From Candidatus Woesearchaeota archaeon (GTDB lineage Archaea; Nanobdellota; Nanobdellia; Woesearchaeales; JAHWIC01): 64,000 nucleotides of DNA. The notes beneath the pieces were generated by a model that was not told the origin of the DNA, made no database searches, and worked only from the letters and a program-made list of their open reading frames with translations. Positions 26,242 to 34,993 of this stretch are shown here, piece by piece. The stretch lies in assembly GCA_019322805.1 (NCBI GenBank), contig JAHWIC010000003.1, positions 964 through 64,963 on the forward strand. Direction: 5' to 3'. A program made the position numbers and the translations under genes. Each line of letters begins with the position of its first letter. The first letter of the stretch is position 1.

Positions 26242-27210
26242 ATGAACATCAAAGACATTGGCGGAGAATTTGCCTTGATAAAACGTATTGCAGCCAAGCC
26301 CAAAGACAAATCAATAATCAAAGGAATTGGCGATGATGCTGCTGTTCTTAAGCTTGGTGGTAAGCTGTTTGTTATAACCACAGACACCTTAGTTGAGAAC
26401 GATCACTTTTCCTTGAAATGGTTCAGTCCTAAGCAGGTTGGAATGAAAGCTATTGAGATTAATGCAAGCGATGTTGGTGCTATGGGCGGCAAACCAAGGT
26501 ATGCGCTTGTTTCACTTGTTCTAAAGCCGGATACTCCTGTTGAGTTTGTTGATGGTTTGTATAAAGGAATGCGTGAAGCTGGAGAGAAACATGGTATAGA
26601 GATAATTGGAGGGAATGTAACCCACGGTAAAGAGCTTGTAATTGATATTGATATGATTGGTGAGGTTGAAAAACAAAATCTTTGCCTGCGTTCAAATGCA
26701 AAGCCAGGTGATTTTATCCTGGTTAGCGGTGATGCTGGAAAGTCAACAGCTGCTTTGCATTTATTCAGGAAGAGTAAGCTCAATAAAAAGAATAAAAATA
26801 ATTTTAAAAAAATAATTGAAGCGCATACAGAGCCAAAAGCCAGATTTGATAAGGTAAAGAAGTTCATAAAATACATTAATGCAATGATTGATGTTTCTGA
26901 TGGTATTGCTTCTGATATAACAAGGCTCTGTGAGCAGAGCAATGTAGGGGCTGTTATTTACGCTGATAATATTCCTATAGCTGATGAAACAAAGAAAGCT
27001 GCAAAACTGCTTGGAGAGAATGCGTTGGATTATGCTTTATATGGCGGAGAGGATTTTGAGCTAGTCTTTACTGTTTCTGAGAAGAATCTAAGGAATGTAA
27101 AAGGATTTCTCATTGGAGAGATTACAAAGAAGAAGGGCGTTCGCTTATATCAGCACGGAAAAGAAAAGCTGATTACAAAGCATGGCTATGACCATTTTAT
27201 TGGCCCTTAA
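26242..27210 (+). CDS. thiL: Thiamine-monophosphate kinase
   Basis: IGGEFALIKRI ... GIGDDAAVL and an AIR-synthase-like fold pattern. Confidence 0.85.
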   Translation: MNIKDIGGEFALIKRIAAKPKDKSIIKGIGDDAAVLKLGGKLFVITTDTLVENDHFSLKWFSPKQVGMKAIEINASDVGAMGGKPRYALVSLVLKPDTPVEFVDGLYKGMREAGEKHGIEIIGGNVTHGKELVIDIDMIGEVEKQNLCLRSNAKPGDFILVSGDAGKSTAALHLFRKSKLNKKNKNNFKKIIEAHTEPKARFDKVKKFIKYINAMIDVSDGIASDITRLCEQSNVGAVIYADNIPIADETKKAAKLLGENALDYALYGGEDFELVFTVSEKNLRNVKGFLIGEITKKKGVRLYQHGKEKLITKHGYDHFIGP

Positions 27211-27614
27211 ATCGCAGATAAAATCAAAGCAGCCTGGAATAATCCGATAAGCATGCCTATAATTCCTCCCAAGATTTCAATGAATCTTAATTCTCTTTTC
27301 GCAACATTTCTGACTATTTGTTCTAATTCTTTATCAGACATTTTAGCGATTTCTTTACCTACAGATTTTTTAAAGACTAATTGCATCTTTTTACCAACAA
27401 AAGGGATTTTCAGCATTTTCTTAAATGATTGAGGCATAACTAAGTGGGCATTTTCACCAATTTTCTCCCCTATGTCTTCTTTATATCTCGGAATCAATCC
27501 CTGAAAACCAAAAATCTTTTTTCTTGGCCTAAATAAAGAAAGAATAGCTAACCAATTAGTCAAAAATCCAATTATAAATCCAGCGCTCATATTTATCAAA
27601 TATATTTTCATCAT
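27207..27614 (-). CDS. DUF445-like small membrane protein
   Basis: GFLTNWLAILSLFRP ... GLIPRYKEDIG pattern and a C-terminal TM helix. Confidence 0.5.
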   Translation of the reverse strand: MMKIYLINMSAGFIIGFLTNWLAILSLFRPRKKIFGFQGLIPRYKEDIGEKIGENAHLVMPQSFKKMLKIPFVGKKMQLVFKKSVGKEIAKMSDKELEQIVRNVAKRELRFIEILGGIIGMLIGLFQAALILSAI

Positions 27615-27791
27615 TTTTTTCTTTCCTTCTTTTAGCCCTTCTTCCCCCTAAATAGACTAATTAGTCGCTCTGGTATATAAATGTTTTTTAGAATAGGCTG
27701 GCATGTTCTAAGAAATTGAAATTTTATTTAGTCTAACAATGTTATACGCCTTTTCCCATCGCTTCTAAATTTCTTTGTTAAAACCGAAACC

Positions 27792-27839
27792 TTTATATAC
27801 TTTATATGAATCATATTTCATATGAAATGCAAATCATAT
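27792..27839 (+). promoter_or_regulatory. TATA-like box plus palindromic candidate operator overlapping the arsR-family start codon
   Basis: TTTATATA at 27792-27799, 30 nt from the ATG at 27822. Inverted repeat ATATGAA-N6-TTCATAT at 27804-27823. AATCATAT is repeated at 27809-27816 and 27832-27839. Confidence 0.4.
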
Positions 27840-28127
27840 AATCTATTCTTTGAAACTATATCAAATAAAACTAGATTGAAGATTCTTGAATTATTGCAGT
27901 CAAAACCAATGAGTGTAACTGAGATTTGTAAAAAGCTTAGTGAAGAGCAAAGTAAGGTCTCCCACAATTTAAAGAAACTGGCAGATTGTCATTTTTTAGA
28001 AGTTGAGCAAAAAGGAAAACAGAGGATTTATTCTCTAAATAAGGATACAATAGTCCCTTTAATGAATCTTGTTTCAAAGCATGTTGAAAAATACTGCACT
28101 AAACCATGTGTAAGAGGTGGAAAATGA
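27822..28127 (+). CDS. ArsR-family transcriptional regulator
   Basis: ISNKTRLKILELLQSKPMSVTEICKKLSEEQSKVSHNLKKL is a wHTH of ArsR/SmtB type. Confidence 0.8.
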   Translation: MKCKSYNLFFETISNKTRLKILELLQSKPMSVTEICKKLSEEQSKVSHNLKKLADCHFLEVEQKGKQRIYSLNKDTIVPLMNLVSKHVEKYCTKPCVRGGK

Positions 28128-29281
28128 AACGAATCTATATGGACCATGCTGCTACAACTCAGACAGATCCTGAAGTAGTTAAGGCTATGGAGCCGTGTTT
28201 TACCAAAAAATTCGGGAATGCTTCCTCACTGCATCAATTTGGTGTTGAAGCAAAAGAGGCTTTAGAAGAATCAAGGGAAAAGATTGCTAAATTAATAAAC
28301 GCAAAACCATCTGAAATAATTTTTACTTCATGCGGCTCTGAATCAAATAATCTTGCTCTAAAAGGCATTATGTATGCTAATAAAAAGAAGGGAAACCACA
28401 TCATAACAAGCAGGATAGAGCATCATGCTATAATTGAAACATGCAAATATTTAGAAAAGCAGGGCTTTACAGTGACTTATCTTCCTGTTGATAAATATGG
28501 CATGGTTGATCCAGGTGCAGTGGAAAAAGCAATAACAAATGATACTGTTTTGGTTTCAATTATGCACGCTAATAATGAGATTGGAACTATTGAGCCAATA
28601 GAGGAAATAGGAAAGCTCTGCAGGGAAAAGAAGGTTTATTTCCATACAGATGCTGTCCAGACAGTTGGAAAGATTCCAGTTGACGTTAAAAAGCTGAATG
28701 TTGATCTATTGAGCAGCTCCGCACATAAGCTTTATGGCCCAAAGGGAGTTGGATTCCTGTATAAGAAAGAAGGAATCAACCTAGTTCCACTAATACATGG
28801 CGGCGGCCATGAAGCTGGCTTTAGGTCAGGAACAGAGAATGTTGCCGGAATAGTTGGTTTTGCAAAGGCTTGCGAGTTAGCAGAGAAAAGAATGGATAAA
28901 GAAATAACCCACTTAAGAAAATTAAGCAAAAAGCTTGTTGATGGAGTGCTTAAGATAGAAAATTCCTATCTAAACGGCCATCCTGAGAAAAGGCTGCCAG
29001 GAACAAATAACTTTAGGTTTGATTTTATTGAAGGAGAATCATTAATCTTAAGATTGGATATGAAAGGAATTGCAGCTTCAACAGGCTCAGCATGCTCTAC
29101 AAAATCATTAGAGCCAAGCCATGTTTTAACTGCTATTGGCTTAAAGCATGTGCAGGCTCATGGAAGCTTAAGGTTATCTTTAGGCAAGGATAATACTGAG
29201 GCTCAAGTCGATTATCTGTTGGGGGTATTGCCAAATATCGTGAAGGAACTTAGGAAAATGAGCCCTCTGGCGGGGAAATAA
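28124..29281 (+). CDS. iscS: Cysteine desulfurase (IscS/NifS type)
   Basis: The start is in an ATGA overlap with the arsR stop. PLP-lysine motif SSAHKLYGPKG and active-site STGSACS. Confidence 0.9.
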   Translation: MKRIYMDHAATTQTDPEVVKAMEPCFTKKFGNASSLHQFGVEAKEALEESREKIAKLINAKPSEIIFTSCGSESNNLALKGIMYANKKKGNHIITSRIEHHAIIETCKYLEKQGFTVTYLPVDKYGMVDPGAVEKAITNDTVLVSIMHANNEIGTIEPIEEIGKLCREKKVYFHTDAVQTVGKIPVDVKKLNVDLLSSSAHKLYGPKGVGFLYKKEGINLVPLIHGGGHEAGFRSGTENVAGIVGFAKACELAEKRMDKEITHLRKLSKKLVDGVLKIENSYLNGHPEKRLPGTNNFRFDFIEGESLILRLDMKGIAASTGSACSTKSLEPSHVLTAIGLKHVQAHGSLRLSLGKDNTEAQVDYLLGVLPNIVKELRKMSPLAGK

Positions 29282-29282
29282 A

Positions 29283-29672
29283 ATGCAGTACAGCAAAAAG
29301 GTCGTAGAACACTTTAGGAATCCGCACAACATGGGTGAGATAAAGAACCCAGATGGTATAGGTAAGGTAGGCAATCCTATATGCGGCGATGTCATGTGGA
29401 TTTATATAAAGGTGGGAAAGAATAAAAAAGGACAAGAGATAGTCAAAGACATTAAGTTCAAAACCTTTGGCTGTGCAGCTGCAATTGCAACCTCTTCTAT
29501 GACTACTGATTTAGCTAAAGGGAAGACTCTAGATGAAGCAATGAAGCTGACAAGGGATGATGTAAAGAATGCTCTTGAAGGTTTGCCTCCTATCAAAATC
29601 CATTGCAGCAACTTAGCAGCAGATGGTTTGCATAAGGCAATTGAAGATTACAGAAAGAAATCAAAGAAATAA
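29283..29672 (+). CDS. iscU: Fe-S cluster scaffold IscU/NifU-like
   Basis: GNPICGD, FKTFGCAAAIA and HCSNLA motifs (three cluster-ligand cysteines). Confidence 0.9.
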   Translation: MQYSKKVVEHFRNPHNMGEIKNPDGIGKVGNPICGDVMWIYIKVGKNKKGQEIVKDIKFKTFGCAAAIATSSMTTDLAKGKTLDEAMKLTRDDVKNALEGLPPIKIHCSNLAADGLHKAIEDYRKKSKK

Positions 29673-30022
29673 TCCAATAAAAGAAATCATTTTAAAAAAT
29701 CAATAAAAACAAAAAATAAATCTGATTTTTGCCTTAAGTCTACTATAAAGCAAAAATCATCCGCTTCTGTTTCTTAAGAAACAGAACAAGATGAAAATTT
29801 AGTAAACGCAACTATTTTATGAAAGATTGCGTTTACTATTTAGTAAGCGAAACTATTGATTATATAATTTCGCTTACTATAACCTTTACAGTGGTTCTGA
29901 AAGGAATTTTCGGAATGATTAATTGTTTTAAAATTTAAATTAAAGTGATGAAAAACAACCATATGCACGACTAATTGTAATAGATGAAATTTAACCTAGT
30001 GATAAAATAAATTGATGATAAA
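29671..30022 (+). repeat. R-element copy R4 (long form; core 29721-29914 with nested twin-hairpin insertion 29799-29882)
   Basis: The same modules as R2. Arm 3 is interrupted by TAGTAAACGCAA...TTGCGTTTACTA and TAGTAAGCGAAA...TTTCGCTTACTA. The right-hand module ends at the ATG at 30023. Confidence 0.9.
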
Positions 30023-30883
30023 ATGACGGCAAGAAACCAATTCATAAGATCCTTTGAAACTAAAATAAAGAACACTATAAAAAAATACAGTCTAATCAAC
30101 AAAAAAGATAAAATCCTGGTTGCTTGCTCTGGCGGAAAAGACTCAACAACTGCTTTATACCTGTTAAACAAGTTTGGCTATAAAGTTGAAGCGATTGCAA
30201 TTGATATGCTGATAGGAAATTATTCAAAAGAAAATATGAAGAATATAGAGAGGTTCTGCGGCGACAATAAAATAAAACTCCATAAGATATCTTTTAGGGA
30301 TGAGTTCGGCCATTCTTTATGTTACTTAACCTCTGTTCTAAAATCAAAAGGCTCCAGACTGGAATCATGCACTGTATGCGGAATCTTAAGAAGGCATCTT
30401 TTGAACAGAAAGGTAAGAGAGCTAAAAGCAGCAAAAGTAGCAACAGGCCATAATCTTGACGATGAAGCGCAAACAATCCTTATGAATATCTTAAAAGGAA
30501 ATCCAGGCTTAAATGCTAAACTTGGCCCTGAGACAGGGGTTGTCAAGGACAAGAAATTTGTTCCCAGGATAAAGCCTTTGTTCTTTTGCCTAGAAAAAGA
30601 TGTTGAAAAATACTCTAGATTGATGAAATTTCCAGTTAAGTATGGCCGTTGCCCATGCTCAGTTGGTGTTTTTAGGGCTTCTGTAAGAGAAGAGCTAAGA
30701 AAATTAAGGAATACCGATAAAATAAAACTAAATATTGTTAATGATTTTTTAAAACAACTGCCAAAATTAAGAGCCAAATACAAAACGAATGAAAAAATCA
30801 GTTACTGCACTGAATGTGGTGAGCCAAGCAAGGGAAAAGTCTGCAGTGCCTGTAGGATACTGCAGCTTTTGAATTCAAACTAA
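30023..30883 (+). CDS. PP-loop ATPase, tRNA 2-thiolation family (TtuA/TtcA/Ncs6-like)
   Basis: ACSGGKDS PP-loop, CTVCGILRR, and the C-terminal CTECG...CSAC zinc/Fe-S motifs. Confidence 0.8.
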   Translation: MTARNQFIRSFETKIKNTIKKYSLINKKDKILVACSGGKDSTTALYLLNKFGYKVEAIAIDMLIGNYSKENMKNIERFCGDNKIKLHKISFRDEFGHSLCYLTSVLKSKGSRLESCTVCGILRRHLLNRKVRELKAAKVATGHNLDDEAQTILMNILKGNPGLNAKLGPETGVVKDKKFVPRIKPLFFCLEKDVEKYSRLMKFPVKYGRCPCSVGVFRASVREELRKLRNTDKIKLNIVNDFLKQLPKLRAKYKTNEKISYCTECGEPSKGKVCSACRILQLLNSN

Positions 30884-30889
30884 GTCAGC

Positions 30890-30995
30890 ATTCGGGGCTA
30901 TCATGATATCTTTTCGCCTCGCAGTGCGACTTTATGTCGCACATTGCGTGTCAATTTGCTTGCGAGTCCACGAGCAAGCTCGCGGACAAATCGCG
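30890..30995 (+). other. GC-rich hairpin-rich intergenic segment (candidate small RNA or terminator)
   Basis: GTGCGAC-tttat-GTCGCAC (30924-30942). GTCC-a-CGAG-caag-CTCG-c-GGAC (30966-30987). A mutually exclusive alternative pairs GCTTGC (30958-63) with GCAAGC (30974-79). Confidence 0.3.
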
Positions 30996-31063
30996 CGTAA
31001 CCAGTCGAAACAAAACATTTTTAAATAGAGCCTTAATCAGCTTAATAAAACAAGGGTGGTATA

Positions 31064-32077
31064 ATGACTGATGAAAAACACGAAAGTACACACGAGCATA
31101 CGCATGAGCCTGTGCATGAGCATAAAGCACATGCCCATAAGAAGAAATTAAAGAAAATACAGGTGTGGCAGATTGCCAGCGGTATACTGGGTATATTGTT
31201 AGTAGTATCTGTTCTTACTCATGGTTTTGGTCCAGGCTGTGCTGGAAATGCTGGTGCTGAATTGACAGCTGACGAAGTAGCTGATAAGGTAGTAACTTAT
31301 ATAGAGGGTCAGGGAGGAACTGCAACTGTGGAATCAATTGAAGAAATGGGAAACCTTTACAGCCTGAACCTGATAGTAGCGGGTAGATCTTATAATTCTT
31401 ATACGACAAAGGATGGAAATCTATTATTCCCTTCAGGCGTAGACCTGAGTGAGGCTCCTGAAGTGCCTTCTGTTCCGGAATCAAGCCAGGATCTCCCGAA
31501 AACAGCAAAGCCAAGGGTTGACCTGTTCATTATGTCATACTGCCCATATGGCATCCAGGCTCAGCAGGGATTATATCCTGTAATGAGGCTGTTGGGGGAT
31601 GATGCAGAATTTAATGTAAAATGGGTTCCATATATAATGCACGGCAAGCAGGAGATTGATGAAAATACAAGGCAGTACTGCATACAAAAAGAGCAGAGAG
31701 ACAAATATGTTGATTATGTAGAATGCTTTGTTTCTTCAAAAAATGCTGCAGTTTGTGGAGTACAGGCAGGAATCGATGAAGATATGGTAGACGCATGCAT
31801 TGAAGAGGCAGATGAGGAATTCCAGATAACTGAAGATTTTGAGGCTGAGGATACCTGGCTGAGCGGAAGATTCCCTATCTACAGGGTTGATAAGGTAGAG
31901 GCTGACTCTTTAGGTGTAAGAGGCTCCCCGTCAATGTTCATTAACGGAGTCCAATACAGCGGAGCAAGAACACCAGAGGCATACAAAACTGCTATCTGCA
32001 ATGCCTTTGAAGAGCCTCCTGAAGAATGCGAGGAAGCATTGAGCACATCCGGCGGCTCAGCTGAAGGAAGCTGTTAA
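31064..32077 (+). CDS. Membrane-anchored thioredoxin-fold (DsbA-like) protein with His-rich N-terminus
   Basis: N-terminal HESTHEHTHEPVHEHKAHAH, one TM helix, then a DsbA-like domain with SYCPYG in place of CxxC. Confidence 0.5.
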   Translation: MTDEKHESTHEHTHEPVHEHKAHAHKKKLKKIQVWQIASGILGILLVVSVLTHGFGPGCAGNAGAELTADEVADKVVTYIEGQGGTATVESIEEMGNLYSLNLIVAGRSYNSYTTKDGNLLFPSGVDLSEAPEVPSVPESSQDLPKTAKPRVDLFIMSYCPYGIQAQQGLYPVMRLLGDDAEFNVKWVPYIMHGKQEIDENTRQYCIQKEQRDKYVDYVECFVSSKNAAVCGVQAGIDEDMVDACIEEADEEFQITEDFEAEDTWLSGRFPIYRVDKVEADSLGVRGSPSMFINGVQYSGARTPEAYKTAICNAFEEPPEECEEALSTSGGSAEGSC

Positions 32078-32093
32078 ACAAAAGAGGTAAATC

Positions 32094-33437
32094 ATGAGGA
32101 AATTACTTTTTTTCTTTTTTTTAATCTTATTAGCTTCTTCTGTATATGCAGAGCCATGTGAGGTTTATTTTTTCTACTCATCAACATGCCCTTATTGTGC
32201 AAAGGAGAGGCCTTTTCTTCAAAAGCTGGAAAAAACAAACCCCTTACTTAAAGTAAACTATATTATTGCTTCAGATGATTATGGGCTGTTTGAGAAGATG
32301 TGCAATGAACATGGCTCTATTCCTGTTGGGGTGCCAAGGACTTTTGTCGGTGACAAGGTTTTCGTCGGTTTTGACGAAGAAGATGGTCAGCTAAAGTATA
32401 GCCAGGGGTATCAGGCTTACATAGGCTACAAAAACCAGATAGAATCTGCTATCTATGACTGTATTGGCGAGGCTAAGCCATATACTGCAAATGAAACTGG
32501 GATTTATCCTGGAGAAGAGCAAAAAAGCATACTACTGGTTCCATTTCTTTTGCTTTTGGTTTACTTCATCTTTCTTTTTGTCTTCAACAGGAAGATAGAG
32601 AAAAGATACTTGATTGGAACTTTCTTTGGTGTTTTTATAGTGATCCTCTTTTATATTATTCATAATATCCCCAAAGAATCGGTCTTATCCTTTGCAAAAC
32701 AGTTTAGTTTCCCTGTTTTTACTTTTATCATTGCTTTGTTAGATGGTTTTAACCCATGCGCATTTGCCGTTCTTGCAATTCTGCTTTCTCTCCTGGTTTA
32801 TGCAAAGTCAAGAGCGAAGATGGCTTTGATTGGAGTGATATTCATACTTACTTCTGGTGTTATGTATTTCCTGTTTATAATAATCCTTATGCTGCTTAGG
32901 GCAGAGATTCTTGGAGCCTATAAAGAGCCGATAAGGATTGGCATTGGCATTATAGCAATAACAGCTGGTGCTATTAACCTTAAGGATTTCTTCTTTTTTA
33001 AGAAAGGATTATCATTGACAATTTCTTCAGAGAAGATGGGCAGGCTTGTTGCGAAGATGAGAAATGTTGTTGATGAAGTTAAGAACGCAACAACAAAAAA
33101 GGCCTTGTTCATAGCTATCTTAGGAACAATACTTTTGGCAGTTTTTGTGAATATAATAGAGCTTGGATGCACGCTTATACTCCCTATAGAGTATATTGAG
33201 GTGTTGATAACAAATTATGGCACTCAGCTTGAAGCACTGCATTATGGCTATACTGCCTTTTACTCTTGCATATACATTATTCCGCTCCTTGCAATATTAG
33301 GAACTTTCCTGTATTCATTAAAATCAATGAGGGTAAGGGAACTCCAAGGGAAAGTTTTAAAACTAATAGGCGGGTTAGTGATGCTTGGCTTAGGCCTTAT
33401 ACTGATATTTAAGCCAGAGCTTTTGGTGTTTGGATAG
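32094..33437 (+). CDS. Thioredoxin-like domain fused to a CcdA/DsbD-type membrane thiol-disulfide transporter
   Basis: Signal sequence, FYSSTCPYCAKE (CPYC), then a multi-TM region with LLDGFNPCAFAVL typical of the DsbD/CcdA family. Confidence 0.65.
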   Translation: MRKLLFFFFLILLASSVYAEPCEVYFFYSSTCPYCAKERPFLQKLEKTNPLLKVNYIIASDDYGLFEKMCNEHGSIPVGVPRTFVGDKVFVGFDEEDGQLKYSQGYQAYIGYKNQIESAIYDCIGEAKPYTANETGIYPGEEQKSILLVPFLLLLVYFIFLFVFNRKIEKRYLIGTFFGVFIVILFYIIHNIPKESVLSFAKQFSFPVFTFIIALLDGFNPCAFAVLAILLSLLVYAKSRAKMALIGVIFILTSGVMYFLFIIILMLLRAEILGAYKEPIRIGIGIIAITAGAINLKDFFFFKKGLSLTISSEKMGRLVAKMRNVVDEVKNATTKKALFIAILGTILLAVFVNIIELGCTLILPIEYIEVLITNYGTQLEALHYGYTAFYSCIYIIPLLAILGTFLYSLKSMRVRELQGKVLKLIGGLVMLGLGLILIFKPELLVFG

Positions 33438-34212
33438 AATGAAGGTTAAAAAATATATTAAGCTGCTGAAGAAAGGAATATTCTTAGAAGCCTTTAATCT
33501 GATTAAGAAAAAGCCAAAACTATATCTCTTTATGCTCCTGATGGATGTTTGTTTTATATTGGGCATTCTTCTTATTGGCAAGATGGGGAATTTAGCTGTC
33601 CAGCATCTGCTCAGGATGAACCCTATAGATGTGTTGATTAGTATGTTCTTCTATATCTTACTTATGATGGTGGTTTATTCCTTTACAAAATTCTTTGCAC
33701 TTCATTTTGTCAAAAATATGCTGAAGAAAACAGGATTAAAATTATCACAAGTAGGCATGTTCTTTCTGCTGAACATGGTGTGTATTGCTTTTGCGCTTGC
33801 TCTATTCCTTGTTTTGAACAGCATCATCCTGGCAAGCGTTAAAGAAGCCTATGTTAGGTCAGCAGCCAGGTTTATTTTGTTTGTCCTGTCTTTATTCACT
33901 TTTGCATTTATCAGCATTGCACACTCGCTATTTGCACTTGGTCTTAGCTTTAAGGATGTTTTGAAGAAGTGCTTTAAATTGACCTTTAACAGGATTAATG
34001 CATATTATGGTGTTTTTGCTGTCAATGCCCTGGTTTTTGGAGTATTTTTTGGGCTTTATTCCGGGTTAGGCGGCTTTCTTGATGCTTTTCTTACCCTGAA
34101 TTTTGAGAGGTATAACGCGCTCTTTATCTGGTTTGGAACAATATTGTTATATCTTATACAGGCTTATAATAGGGTGTATTTTTACCTTATTGTAAAACGC
34201 ATTAGCAGATAA
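33430..34212 (+). CDS. Polytopic membrane protein, unknown function
   Basis: 260-aa ORF with about 6 hydrophobic helices. It overlaps the upstream gene by 8 nt and ends 1 nt before lgt. Confidence 0.5.
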   Translation: MDRMKVKKYIKLLKKGIFLEAFNLIKKKPKLYLFMLLMDVCFILGILLIGKMGNLAVQHLLRMNPIDVLISMFFYILLMMVVYSFTKFFALHFVKNMLKKTGLKLSQVGMFFLLNMVCIAFALALFLVLNSIILASVKEAYVRSAARFILFVLSLFTFAFISIAHSLFALGLSFKDVLKKCFKLTFNRINAYYGVFAVNALVFGVFFGLYSGLGGFLDAFLTLNFERYNALFIWFGTILLYLIQAYNRVYFYLIVKRISR

Positions 34213-34213
34213 A

Positions 34214-34984
34214 ATGTTTTATAATAATATCGACCCAGTTCTGTTAAGGATAGGTTATCTTGAGATAAGGTATTACGGCATTATCTATGCTTTGGGCTTT
34301 GTGATTGCATATTATTTCCTTCTTTATTTTGTTAAGAACAAGAAATTGAAGCTTAGCAGTGAGGAGATTGCTGATTTGCTCTTTTATCTGCTTATCGGCA
34401 TTGTTATTGGCGCCAGGCTGTTTGAGGTTTTGTTCTACAACCTTCCTTATTTTATTCAGAATCCTGTTGAGATATTCAAGGTATGGCACGGCGGCCTTAG
34501 CTTTCATGGTGGCCTAGTAGGAGCAGTCGTTGCAGCTCTTATATTCTGCAGGAAGAAAAAGCTCAAATTCTATGCGCTTGCAGATGCTGTTGTTTTTCCT
34601 CTTTCTTTGGCATTGGCTTTAGGCAGGATTGGCAATTTTATCAATGGAGAGCTTTATGGAACAGTTACCTCAGTTCCCTGGTGTGTCAAGTTCAGGGGCA
34701 TACCAAGCTGCAGGCACCCTTCCCAGCTTTACGAGTCTTTTAAGAACCTGCTGATATTTGGCATCTTATGGTTTATCAAGGACGACAGGATTGAAGGAAA
34801 AAAGCTTCCGCCAGGATTCCTGTTCTGGACATTTGTTGTTCTTTATGCCCTGTTCAGGTTTGCTATTGAATCCTTTAAAGAGCCTATTGTACAGCTTGGA
34901 TTTTTTTCAATGGGAGAGCTGTTGTGCATTGTTATGTTTGGTGTGGGGGTAGTGTTTATGTGGAAATTGTTTAAGAAGCCATGA
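34214..34984 (+). CDS. lgt: Prolipoprotein diacylglyceryl transferase
   Basis: YGIIYALGFVIAY and the signature GRIGNFINGELYG, plus HPSQLYES. Confidence 0.85.
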   Translation: MFYNNIDPVLLRIGYLEIRYYGIIYALGFVIAYYFLLYFVKNKKLKLSSEEIADLLFYLLIGIVIGARLFEVLFYNLPYFIQNPVEIFKVWHGGLSFHGGLVGAVVAALIFCRKKKLKFYALADAVVFPLSLALALGRIGNFINGELYGTVTSVPWCVKFRGIPSCRHPSQLYESFKNLLIFGILWFIKDDRIEGKKLPPGFLFWTFVVLYALFRFAIESFKEPIVQLGFFSMGELLCIVMFGVGVVFMWKLFKKP

Positions 34985-34993
34985 ATTTTTAAT

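Noticed and set aside
26403-26942. 179-aa minus-strand ORF
   Set aside because: It is antisense to thiL, which has clear family motifs.
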